DNA from: Lobosporangium transversale
Taxonomy: Eukaryota
Direction of reading: 5' to 3'
Assembly (NCBI RefSeq): GCF_002105155.1
Contig: NW_019029008.1
Coordinates: forward strand, 310,001-374,000
DNA: 64,000 bases
Made by a program: the position numbers and the translations under genes. The notes below the pieces were generated by a model that did no database searches, had not been told where the DNA came from, and saw nothing but the letters and a program-made list of their open reading frames with translations. Every line of letters begins with the position of its first letter. Positions within the stretch are counted from its first letter, which is position 1. Shown piece by piece: positions 38,730 to 51,664 of this stretch.

Positions 38730-41328
38730 TTCGTCAAATGGTAATGCATTCATTTCAAAAAAAAAAAAGAACAGATCGTTGCCTCTGCCACACCACCACG
38801 AAGGAAATGACAATAATAAACAATACGCAGAACGTAGACTCAAAAGTAAAATGCTCATAAATAAAATACTCATAACACATTTTACTGAATACGACACAAA
38901 AAAGAAAAAAATTTAATGCAGCCAAAGCGGGACACATTTGTAGTTTTTTTCTTTTTCTTTTTTTTTTTTTTTTTTTTTTTTTCATGGTGCTTTTGACATG
39001 GAATGCAAAGTTCAATTGGTGTCATTCCCGAGTGGTTGCCATTACTTTTGAATGTATGAGGTAATATTTTACCTGTCAATAATAATGGGTGTTTGTCTCT
39101 AAAGTGAGAGAGACAGGGAAAAAAAAAGGCTCTTGTTCTTTTTCGTGAGCGCGTGAAGGGATTGAAGGACGATCGTGAGCAGAAAACGAATATAGCGATG
39201 AATTATGCGGGAGAGAGAGAGATAGAGAGACGTTAGAAGGAAGAACGAAGGAAGGGAAAAAAAAAAAAAAAAAAAAAAGTCGGATGAAAGAAAAAGAATA
39301 AAGAGAAACGAGACAATATCATTGAAACAAAAAAAATCTTTGAATTGTATAAAAATATTCTTTATTGAGTAAACAGATATTCATATTAATTTGAATAATT
39401 AGACTAATAACAAATTGAATAGTGAATTGAGACGAAAGCCTTACTTTATTTTATTTATTTTCAATGAATTACTATACCATTCTTGTTCACCTACACCATT
39501 TACGCACGCAGTTTTATCGACTGAATTGTTGCGGATGTAGCAAAGAATCGCCACATAATAGACAAGTCCCAAGGCAAGAAAGAGACATGAGATCAATCGG
39601 TAGTATTGAACATTTCGTCGGGTCCTTTGACCTCGGTATTGAAGAGTGACAGGACACTATTAGATTAGACTAGGGCCACGCTAGATAGCTAAGCTATCCA
39701 GCCCGCACGGGGCCTAAATGTCCAACAATACGGGATGCTGTGTCTGACTCTGAATGAAATGTCAGAGAGATAGTCATTTTAGATAAGGAATAGAATGACA
39801 GACAGAGAGAGGATCTAAAATGGACATCCTTGACTTGTGAAAAACACTTTTTTTGTAAAAAAAAAAAAAAAAAAAAACAACAACAACAACAGGGGTTAGA
39901 AAGAGAGAAGGGGCTACAGCTGTCTAGTCTAGCACCATGGCTATGGTAATGGTCATGAGGCCAAATCATCCGTTTTATTCCTACGGAGCTTACTCTGCCA
40001 AGTCTATGCCGCTTTTAATGAACACACGTTTACAATTACAGAAACTCGTTTAGAAACGTTTTACATCGTCAATTAACATTAAGCGGTGATGCTGAGTCGA
40101 GTTTCACTAACTGATGAGTTGTCCAGCCAAGCAGCTCAATCGATCCCAATGCATAGCCTACTGTTGTACTCTACTGCGCTCTCGAAAGCAGTTATGGTAG
40201 TCGATTCAACTCAGTCACATACACCCTATTGACCTTATTTGCAAACAAACAAAGCTGGGCATCAAATTCGTATTGACTTCAGCGCTACTTGACATCATTC
40301 TTGAGGAAAAAATAGAAAGGGTATCTAGCATCAGCCACGCTGTGTCTGCCCCGGTTGGCTCTCATTCTGCCTTGCTCTCACTCTCGAGGTTGTACTCTGA
40401 AGTATGTACTAAACGAACCAGGGTAGAAATCATTTGTTCCATGATGTTCTTAACATCTCATTCCTATCATGCAGCGACATATAGTTTATAACTGACCAAA
40501 CCCGTAGATACCCCTGTCTGGACAGACCTCAATGCGTATTCAATTAGAAAATATGTGCTCAGGAGTGAAGATGCACAGACGGAGGCTAAGAAAGAGAGCA
40601 AAAACACACAAACGCACATTTCGGCTAGCATGCACGAGTAGAAATAGGCAAACGCACTAGTGTTCTGCCTGACAACAATGATGACAAGGTACGAAAGAGC
40701 GATCTCCGGCTAAACTCCGTGTTAATTAGTGCCGGGACCTTGATTTATAGTCATCTGGTGCATGTCCCTCATAGACAGGCTGAGTGTTACTCTTCAGGGT
40801 AGATCTTTTACATGTTCATTTTTATTCTCATTCATTATCCATCTTGCGCTACGCGGCGTAAACTCTCCTTGTGTTATAAACCTTTTGTTGATGCTTTACT
40901 ACAAGTCTAACTTTATAATAATAATAATAATAATAATAAAACAAATGCCCAAGACGTCCAAGATCAGTCCTCATCTTTCTTTTTCGATGCGACAGAGATG
41001 ATTACTAGCTCGGACAATGGACGTTAAAGACGTTATGGTATTTCACCGGTGAGATTCCAGATTCAAGAAATGTTACGCGACTCAGCCGTTTATGGATAGC
41101 CATGTAATCCACCTTTTTTAAACCCAATTGACTATTGCCACGTCCAATAAGAGTCGCGTTAAAAATGCATTTAATGGTGTTAATAATGATAAGTTTGTGT
41201 ACAAAAAAAAAATGAAAAGAATAAAAATAAAGGCAGCAATGAGGAAAGATGGGTCAGGTGAAGCTACTCTACAAAATGAATCAGGCGAGTGAAAAGGATA
41301 GTATCAAGGCATTTTTTGCTTGTTTGTT

Positions 41329-43387
41329 TTACTTCTTCTCCTTCTTATCTTTCTTATCTTTCTTGTCCTTCTTCTCCTTCTTCTCCTTTTTGTCATCCTT
41401 ATCCTTCTTCTCCTTCTTTCCTTCCTTGCTACTCTTCTCCTTCTCCTCCTTCTCCTTCTTGGCTCTCTTGGAGGAGGACTTATCCTCCTCAGCGGCTCTC
41501 TTCTTGCCAGTCTTGGGGGCAACATCTTCCATCTCAGTGTCAGCAGCCTCCTTGAGACTGTCAATGACCTTCTTCATCGTATCAGCATTCTTAGCAGGGG
41601 TGGCGCCTGACTCATAGAACTCAAGACGCTGCTCCACTTGCTCCTTCATAGCCTCACCAAACTTGGTAGTAGGCATTTCGCTGAAGCAATCAATGCGAGA
41701 AGCGATTGAGCACTTATTGGCAACGAAGCGTGAGATGCGGCCCTTGTTTTTGGTTCCTGCACGACCAATGAAAGATGAATGGTAGATCAAACCGTACTTG
41801 GGAGTGTTGCCCTTGGTCTTCAAGGCGCGGAAAAGAGCTTTTTCTGCACCAAGAATCTGAACAGTTGAGGCAGGGTATTTGGAAAGGTTGGTCAGTGAGC
41901 CCGCGTGGGAGATAAGGCGGGCACCAACCATTTCGCCGATCAAAGCAGACAAGTTGGGGGCAACGTTGTTCATCTTGGAGATCAAATATTCGTGCAACTT
42001 CTTGCGATAATCAGCAAGATCAATGACACGTCTGGCAAAGTTCTCAATATTGATCATATCAATCTCGGAAATGTCAGTACCCATAGAGGCACGTGCAGCG
42101 TCCACAATCTGCTGAGCCTGAGCAGCATCTCCGGTGATCTCCTCCAAAGCCTCCAATTTGCTTTCAGAGAGCTCGCCTTTGTTCTTAATAAGCTGTGCCA
42201 ATTTGGCATACTTATAGTTATCGTTGACGATCTTCACCAATTCAGGGAAATGCCACGAGTACCATTCCCTATACGGAGGACACATAAACGTTATTATATA
42301 AACAATTAGCAGCTATTAAAGAAGGATTATGGATTATTAAACAAAGCCACCATACCATAAGGTATGATAGTAGACTGATTCCATGAGACATGGTTATTCA
42401 ATATACTAACCTGATACGCATGGCAAAGGTGTTGACATCCTTATCCATCTGATCCAATAAGGCAATGGCCTGAATGATCATGTTATCAGAACGATGAACG
42501 TTAAACTTAACCTTGCCACGAGAGTAACTGTGACCCAGACCAAGCTGAGCACGCTCGAGATCACCCTCCTTGAGTTGTTTCAAGAGCTTGTCAGCAAAGA
42601 GACGGACACCGCGGACGAGATCCAGAACAACCTCACTTGCATCACACTCAATGCCAAGACCCTCTTTAATGGATCCTGCAAGCGACTTTTCAGTTACGCC
42701 CAAGACAACCTTCGATTTTTTGCCAGGCTTCGGGACGTTCAGTTCCAAGAAAGCCTTCAAGTGGTCGTTCATGATACCTGAGATATGAAGATGGTATCCA
42801 TGTTGACAATGGATCATGATTATCCATAAAAAGTAGCCGATGTCATATTATATAATACGTGCAGTCGATTGAAATGAAGTCGTCCATGATCAAGTGGTGA
42901 AAAAAGAAATATGTAAATAAAAAGATGGTGAGTAATCCATGATAAGTCCCTTCCTTTAGGTAAACTAATCTATATAAATAAGAGTAATTTGTCTTTCTTC
43001 AAATAGACGCACCTTCAGAAACATCATTCATGTTCTCAAGAGCGTGGGCAGCGCTCTTGAAGGGAACAAAAGACTTCAGTTTGATCATCTTGCCCAACTT
43101 TGTAAGGTCAGTGGCAGCAGCACAAACGTCAGCAAGCTTGGATCCAATCTCTTCTGACTCGAGACGCTCAAAAAGAGCATATCCTGAAGAGCTCTCAAAG
43201 AGGAAGTAGTTGACCTAAATATTGATCATTAACTATAGTCAGCCAAGCATTTCATTTGAATCTGATCAACAAAGGATAAATTCAAATGACACACGCAATT
43301 GAAGGGTAAAACAGCGACGCAATAAGTTCTAGCAGCAATGTGTACGTGTGAGCGAATGTAAAGCCATTAATGCAATCCATTTACCAT
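41329..43387 (-). CDS. NOP56: Nucleolar protein Nop56 (box C/D snoRNP); coding exons 43387-43385 (ATG only), 43214-43013, 42777-42411, 42268-41329
   Basis: [79 protein letters not shown], and a KKD/KKE tail. Confidence 0.95.
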
Positions 43388-43890
43388 ATTGAATAGGTGG
43401 ATAGGATGGAGTAAAGATTGCGATGAAAGAAAGGGAGAGAGCAAAAGCAATAAGGCAATCAATATTTTTTTTTTTTTGACTTTCGACACTTGCAGGTAGT
43501 TTTTTTTTTTAATTGTTGTTGTTTTCAAAAGGGACTGTGTTTGGATCTTAAGGGTTATTTCAGGCATACGACGGCAGAACCATTTATTCATCAGCATACT
43601 CAATAGATCCAAACGCTCGCTGTTAATTTATTCTGGTTTATATTGACATGGTGAAATGCCCGCTAATTGGTGGTTCTGCTCCTGTGTTTTTATTTCACTA
43701 CAAGCACAAAAGGCACCATCAACTCATATTTTTTTATGTTTTTCACTTTTTAAAGTAATTCGCATCCTCAAGGATACTTTGACAACTACTTTTTCCATAC
43801 TTGCAGCGCATACATTCCTCCAATCGCTATCTGCGTCTACCATTCTTACAGCACCCTCATCAACCAAACATCTCGCATTTAATATCAATC
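43388..43890. promoter_or_regulatory. Putative bidirectional promoter region between NOP56 and NOT4
   Basis: About 500 bp separate the divergent start codons at 43387 (-) and 43891 (+). Confidence 0.5.
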
Positions 43891-46800
43891 ATGTATTCTG
43901 AAGAAGAAGATTTTGACTGCCCTTTGTGCATGGAAGAGTTGGACATCTCGGACAGGAATTTCCGTCCTTGTCCCTGTGGTTATCAGGTACAGTTCAGTCT
44001 GCGGTTGAGCAATTACTGCAGTTCATCACGCTTCATTTTGTTTATCGAAATGCATAGTATTCCATCGTTGATGTTAGTGAACTCATCATCTTTCAATGTT
44101 CCATTGCATTGCTGCATCACATTTTCATCTACTTTCCAGATCTGTCGCTTCTGTTGGCATCACATCAAGGAAGATCTCAATGGACGTTGCCCTGCTTGTC
44201 GACGAATCTACTCTGAGGAAACAGTTGAATTCACACCCATTTCCGCAGACGAGTAAGATACTTTATTCGTGATTCATCATGCTATGCATTCTTTTGTCCA
44301 GCAAAGTTTTACTGATTGTTATATTTCTTCCTTTTTTATCTTTTGCAACTTTAAAAAAGATTGGCTATGATCAAGAATGAGAAAAAAGCCAAGGAGCGTG
44401 AAAAAAAGGAAATTGAGGCTATGAACAGAAAACATCTTGCCAACATGCGTGTTGTTCAGAAAAGCTTAGTTTACGTCATAGGCTTGCCCCCGAAGTTGGC
44501 AAACGACGAGGTACGAAGGATGTGAAAGTATATTTGGCGCTATTGGAATCAACATTTGAACCTCTAATCTAATATGCTTGATCATGTTCCTCCTTTCTTT
44601 TTTATTTTTATTTTTTTTCCCTTTTTTTTCTGGGATGCATGCTTTATATAGCATACGTTGCGACAACACGAGTATTTTGGTCAGTATGGCAAGATCTCAA
44701 AAGTGGTGATTAACCGTAGGAATGCGCCAGTACCGTCTTCAGGGGCTTCTGCAGGAGTGCCAAGTATTGGAGTGTATATCACCTATGCACGCAAAGAGGA
44801 CGCAGCAAAGGCCATCGCAGCAATCGATGGAAGTATTTGGGATGGCAAGATCCTTAGGTAAACAGTGGCGCAAAAAAAAATTATGTAATGCAATATTTTT
44901 ATTGATCTTGGATGCAGGTTAAATTGTCTGACTGCTATTTCATGTATTCAATAGGGCATCGTATGGCACAACAAAGTACTGCACGTATTACCTTCGTGGC
45001 ATGACTTGTCAGAATCCTAATTGCATGTACTTGCACGAACCTGGAGAGGATGCAGACAGTTATACTAAAGAGGATCTTGCAGTTGGGTAGGTGACAATAG
45101 ACTTTTTTTTATTTAAAATCTTTATTTGTTTACCATGAACAAAAATAGTATCTAAGCTGAATGGTTTTGTGGTATTAGGAAACATCACCTTCAAGAGCAT
45201 ATTGTTCCATATGACCCATCCATACACAAGCCAGTTGCTCTCGGTCGTCCCACTCTACCATCACATGCATCTAGCTCTTCCTCAACTCCCAGACCTAGAC
45301 CAACGACAGTGTCGTCCTATCATACGAATCCATCTTCTATCACTGATTGGCCTGCACCAGGTGAAAAACCACCTGGAGATGACAGGGAAAAAGACAAAGA
45401 TAGAGACGAAGAGAGCTCTGCATTACCAGTCACGGCATCCTGGGCCAAGATTGGAAGTAACCCATCTACACCAATATTAATGAATTCAAAACCGCTCTCT
45501 CGCAGGACGACCACAGAGCCACCGCCACTACATGCAAAAGGATCCTCTTCATCAATCATTACAGGTGTTATTGTTAACAATGGTAAACAAAAGGAAAACA
45601 CGCATACTGCTGGATCACCAATACTTGATTGTAAGTATCGCTTTTTTATAATTATTGTATCTATTATCTTTTTTTTATTTTTATTTTCTTTCTGCCTTGC
45701 AAATATATTGAAAGTTGTAATAGAGCCATTAACCTAGGCATATATATTTCCATTGTATAATAGATGAGCCTACACCCGCCGAGGCTTTAGCTCTTGAGGC
45801 AGCGGCAAAAGAAAAGATGCTGCAGGAACAGCGTCAGCTGCAGGAACAGCAACGTAAACTCTCAAAGAAGCAGGCTAAAGACCAAGATGACGCTGAGCAA
45901 CAAGTAGAGACTTTAAACCGAAAGCTACGAAAGCAGCGTCAGCAAGAACTCGAGCGATTCCAACAAGAGATGGGGCAAAAGCTCCAAGCCCAAAAGGATA
46001 AAGAAGAGGCACAAAAACAGCATCAAGAAGAAGTCGAGCGATCCCAACAAGAGATGGAGCAAAAGCTCCAAGCTCAAAAAGATAAGGAGGATCAAAGAAA
46101 GGAACAAAAAGAATGTGAGGCGCGAGAAAAGAAGGAGCTGGAGCTTCGAGAAGCGGAGGAAAAGGCGAGAAAGGAGAGGGAGGAACTGGAGCAGAAAAAG
46201 AAGGAAGAAGCCGAGCGCAAGGAACGGAAGCGACTCGAGTTTGAAGAACAGAAGCGGAAGCAGATGGACAACATGTTTGTCACGACACCGACATTGTCAC
46301 TTGGCTCATTTTCATTCAACCCTGATGCCTCGTTGGCCACACAGCCTCTAGCATTTGGAAATGGTAGTAGCCTTATGTCTCTTGGTTCAGAAACACCTGG
46401 TGCCTTTGGTCTAGACAGCTTCTCAGCATTCTCTAACCTTCCTGTGACCCCAGGACATTATACTGGATCGTTTAATCCATTTTCGATGGATGATGAGCCT
46501 CTCATGCGACGATCTGTTGTGCCACCGGCTCGATCCTTTCTGGATGACTTGGATTACGACCCGATGACTGGTCGTAGCCGACCCGTGGGACCTCCAATTC
46601 CAGGCAAGCCTAGACAGACTTCTCGCTTCGGATTTGCGATGGATCAACAATATGGCGATTCCTTTGGCCACGAAGGATACTCTAGTCCCCAAGCAATGCA
46701 AGATGGGTTCCGTGCCTTGTTCCCAAATGTCAATGTTAGTTTTGGTGACTCCATGAATGTACAACAGCAACAGCAGCAGTCACAGCAGCAGCAGCAGCAG

Positions 46801-49044
46801 CAACGACAACAACAACAGCAGCAACTCCAACAGCTTCAACAACAGCAGTTCCCAACGTCACCGCTTTTTCATCGCCAGGAAGCTCCACAGAATGCAGGAT
46901 GGGACTCTTCTGACAAGCAGGATACTCGTATGCTACAAAGAGGTATGAATCAACTCAGCATGGATCCAATGCTGACTACACCTAGCTCCCGTATGGCAGA
47001 ATACCATCAGCAGCTTCAAATGCAACAGCAATATGCTCAGCGCAGTGGCCCTCCTGGTATCACTCGCAGTGCACTTGCCTCGCCAATAGTGAAGTCTCCT
47101 CCTCCTGGTCTAGAGTCTGTTGCCAGAGCCGATATGAGTAACTGGGCTTCACAGCAACAATCACCATTGCAGCAAAGACAACAGCATTCGTCAAGAATGA
47201 ACAGTTGGAGCAGTGATAGTACTAGCCATATTAGCAATTCAGGATTAGGAGCAAATCAAGAGCCTACTCAAGATGTATTTGGTGCATCGTTGAAGACTGG
47301 CACAGCATCCCCTCTTACAAAAAATAGAGGTAATAGAATTATTGAATATTTTCTTGGTCGGAATAATTATATCGCCAGAAGGTGTCGATTTTGACTCTTT
47401 TTCGTGTGTTTTCGATATTTTTAGGCTCACTCAACTCCATGGCCTTCCCGGACCCAGCAATCATGTTCGCTCGTATCTCTTCGGCAGGACCTGCCAAGGC
47501 ATCGCTTGTTGAGGCTCTCCAAACCCCTCCTGGTAGCTTCCGTATGACTGCGTCTCAGGATGGGTTACGGTCGCTCAACAATGAAGGCATGTCAGGTGCG
47601 TTTTACGGAGTATCGAATCGGAGCGCTATGATGGATGGCGCCATAAACTTGAAATGGAATGAGCACAGTAATTAATCAATCGACATTGATGATTATGGAG
47701 GATACAAAGAAGGCATTGACAGCATGACTGGACGAGGATGAGTTTTATGATATTGAGATAATGGAGAAGAGAAGAGATACAGAATTGAATAAGATGTGTC
47801 TGCACACCTTCCCATGCCCTGCGACATACAAACAGGACATGGGAAGGTGTGTTGAAGCACATTGTCTTTCCAAATTACCTTTACATATATCTTTAGCAAT
47901 ATCTTCAACTCACCTTTTTGTACTCTCGTTCTTCTATTTGCACTTAGATCGAGTCAGTGATAATGATAAAATGAGCGAAACCCAGACCATCCTGCAGAAG
48001 CAACTACCAACGAGACAATCAACCCCAGATTCACCTTCATCCTTACAGAACATTCCTCCAGGCTCTAAGCGCAAGGAGATTAAATCTGTTAAGGGTGTAT
48101 TGAATTCTGGTATGAACGCACCTTTGAATGGAGGATCAAGATCTCGTCCTCCCTCAACCCCAGGTTCTCCTCTTGTGGAGTATCGTATGCAACTCTTTGG
48201 ACAGCAACAACAGCAACAGCAACAACAACAGACAGCGCCAGGCGAATCGTCTCTAGTAAATGGACTTTCCTCAGCCGCTGCTCGATCCGCTAAAGTCAAA
48301 TCAGATCTGCTAATGGGTCTAAACTCACCCAATATCCGACCCGATCGTTTTTCTACTACAACTATGAAGGATACATCTGAATCTACCCAGCAACAGGGCA
48401 TTAAGATGGCCAATGGCCACGGTGGATTTTACGCATCGAGCAGCCCTTATATCTCTAACAGCTATTCTAATAACGCGAATGGCTATGGTAGTAACCCGAC
48501 CACTGGCGCTGCTTCTGGGCCTCCCCCAGGCTTTGGCAACTCTGCATCTGGATCTGGTAATAATAGCCCTTATTTGATGTCGACTCTATTGGGTCGCGTA
48601 CAGGAAAATAACTCTAATAAGCCTTTGGACGTGGCCAGTATGATGAGCGCGCTAGATTTCTTTGGTCCTGGTCAAGCAAGCTCGCTAATGATGTCACCTA
48701 ACTGGAATCTGGCAAACGGAACCAACATGAACGACAATAACTTTGGTGGCAATGGAAGCAGTGGCCAGTCACACTTAATAAACGGCGGGGCTCTGAGCGT
48801 TGGGAGCGATGAATCGAACGGCAATACCATAGTTAATACCAATAATAACAATAGCAACAATCATGCCAAGAATGCTAACGATGATAATAGCGACAATACG
48901 AATAATGACACCATCACATCGGCGAGCGCACACAGTGTTGAGGATTTAGAGCTTCAGGTCATTAACGCCAAGATGGAGACTCAAATGTTGGAAAATCAGT
49001 TGAACGCTGTCATCAAGCGCAACCGTCGCAAGCTGTATGCTTGA
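43891..49044 (+). CDS. NOT4: CCR4-NOT E3 ubiquitin ligase Not4/Mot2 (RING, RRM, CCCH, long Q/N-rich tail), multi-exon
   Basis: CPLCMEELDISDRNFRPCPCGYQ|ICRFCWHHI..CPACRR, HLANMRVVQKSLVYV, EYFGQYGKISKVV, GTTKYCTYYLRGMTCQNPNCMYLHE, and a C-terminal coiled coil ending KRNRRKLYA. Confidence 0.93.
45934..46092 (+). repeat. 84-bp (28-aa) in-frame tandem duplication in the Not4 charged helical region
   Basis: ELERFQQEMGQKLQAQKDKEE and EVERSQQEMEQKLQAQKDKED. The motif tcgagcgat recurs at 45950 and 46034. Confidence 0.85.
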
Positions 49045-51664
49045 TATATTAATGAATGAAGGAAACCGAAACTATCCACAATATTGTAGAATAAAATAAA
49101 GAAGATTAGATAGATGTCTTGTTCAAAAAAAAAAAAAAAAAAAAAAAAAAAACTGAGCTATGTTTCGTGCTGTTTCTGAGAACAACAGCTATTATGGGAG
49201 GCTCGATCGTAGGTTGGCATCAAAAAAAGTGACAGCACTGGAGTATTATCATCGACACCAACACCACATGACATCAACTTTCCGCTTCAGTTTTGAAATT
49301 CCGCAATAACAACTACTTCCATCGCCTCAGTCCAAGGAAACTGATGGTCTTAATAGGGGAAGCAATAACAGCAACAACTCATAACGGTCGCTGCAACAGT
49401 GTTAAGGAAACAGATCTGTCGCCATCATCTTTATCATAGCCGTACTCATTAACACTGCCATCATTATCACTATCTTCATCTCCATCGTCACCATCAATGG
49501 GACCGATCCGTAGAAGAATATTCATATTATCAATATTACCAACCTGTGTTTCAAGGGAACAGGTTGTCCTTGGTTTCAGCATTAGCAGCGGCAGCATAGG
49601 CACCAACATCTTAACCATATAATTATGTCATAACAGCAAATACCCGCGAAGACACCACAACTACCACCGCCTTCATTAACATCAGAGGCAACACGGCTAA
49701 CGCAACTACCCACAATGTCAATAAAGTTGAAACTTTTTCGACTGTTACTTATTATTCCTACACTTTCGATCTCTACTCTCTCTATTCCCTTCTCTGCATT
49801 GTTAGATGGCAGAGACCAAGAACAAGCCGAACACAAATAAAACTGAGGACAAGATTTTAAAGAGGAACATGAGTTAAATCAAAAACTGAGAAACTCCGCA
49901 AGCGGAATCACCGGCCGTAGTCACCCACATCTTCAAACTCTCTTCTAAACTTGAACAAAACACTCCACAATCAGGTTCTAGTTCTGATACAATATTTGGA
50001 GAGCGGGAAGCGCTGGATTAAGAAGCGGACAATAAGTATATATTAGAAAGGAGTAAAAAGGAACAAGATCAAGGGCAGGGTGGTAGAGTAGCAATACTCG
50101 TGGTGTACTTAAATAGTGATCTTTTTCGGTTTGAGTGTTTTGGATTCAAAGTGCTTTCCTACATGAACAATCTATTACCTTTTCCCTCTCTCATCTAACG
50201 TTCGTATTGCTGCTGAAGTTTTCCGCAAATATCATCTTACCTTAAATAAAGGAAGTAACAGTAATAATCCCAAAATCAAACATCGTCAAAGTTGCTCGTT
50301 CGTTAAACTTAGCAAAATAGCGATTTTGCCTCTAATGGTGGCCATAATGAAAGCCACCTGCTGTATCGAAACATTCATATCGCTACTATTTTATTATTGT
50401 TCTTTCTTCAAGACAGTTGACAAAACATATCAACTGCTGCTTCTTGGATGGTGCGGATAGGTTTGAAGCCAATTTTCTCCCTGATCATACAAAGAGCGTG
50501 CGGAGGAAATTATTAAGAATGATGTCAAACTTACCCGATTTGATCATTTTAACAATTAGAAGACACTTCCCCATCCCTTTTTCACCTCTTCTTCTCTTCC
50601 CATTCCCTCCACTGAATACTTTTACTCGTGAGCTTTGGAAGCAGTTTACCTCCCTTAATAGAAAAAGTGGTTTTGAGAAATGTAAATCACGGGAGCTTAG
50701 GAAAGTGGTTCGCGTTTCTCTTGCAAAGCCTTATAAAGGAGTTAAGAGCCATTGCATGGTCCTTGGTATTGTTCAGCTATTCGGGAGGTTTTTTATTAAC
50801 CTCTCTCTGACGTTTTCCCCGTTAAAAAAAAAAAAAAAAAAAAAAAAAGATAACGGAACACGATACGTCAAACCACCTCCTCGTGGGTGCGCTCCGAACA
50901 ACCTCTTTTCCCTCTGTTGGTTATACATGGCTAGCAATCAAAAAGATGACTAAGCATCTGGCTCAGATTAGCTTAGAGTGTATTGGTAGAAGCATTTGTA
51001 GCAATAAAAAGAGCTTATTATTTATTATACATATTTTAGTCAAGCTGTTCTGTGTTAGAGGTTGACTTTTTTTTCCCCTCACCTCTTGGCAAAATAAAGT
51101 TTACCGCATGTCACAGTCGCGGAACCTTCAATTTTAGAACTCCATCTGCCAGTTTACCAGAGTCTGTTCCTTCTGTATGGTTCAGATATATCAAGTTGGT
51201 GGTTCATGGCGTATGGGTATACGTTGTCAATACGCTGTATGCTGTCCTCAATGTTTTGATGAAGCGCATATGCCCCCGCTGAAGCTGTCGTTTTTACGAA
51301 CTATAATCGATAAAAGTGCGTCCAACCTAACCTTATTCTTCCTTCACACAAAACGAGCAAGACAAACAGGCAAGCATCCATGGAAGATGTGGTCATTTAA
51401 AATAAAAAAAGGCTTCTTTATTCCTCAAAAGGACCAAACCAATCATATATAGCTGATAGCCCAAGTGACTTTTCAATCATTTAACAACCAGATGACGAAT
51501 ATTTCAGGCCTATATCCATACTGTGATTAGAAACAAGACTAAAACTCAAGTACATATATTTAATTATCGATGTTGAGCGATGAAGGGTATTACTAACTTT
51601 TCTAATTCCGGCTATGGTTGAATCAAGTGACATCAGTATATCATGTTAAGCGTTTTGTAGAGAC

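Noticed and set aside
40095..40200. Hammerhead-like CTGATGA...CGAAA
   Set aside because: I could not build a stem II or consistent stems I and III.
40674..40790. Box C/D snoRNA candidate (ATGATGA...CTGA with a 4-bp terminal stem)
   Set aside because: I could not match a guide of 10 nt or more to rRNA from memory; a snoscan run would be needed.
42269..43384. Intronic snoRNAs in NOP56
   Set aside because: No RTGATGA box C on the coding strand in any of the three introns.
49200..51450. ORF fragments including a TM2-like GADRF word
   Set aside because: No coherent gene model; likely chance or a heavily decayed gene.
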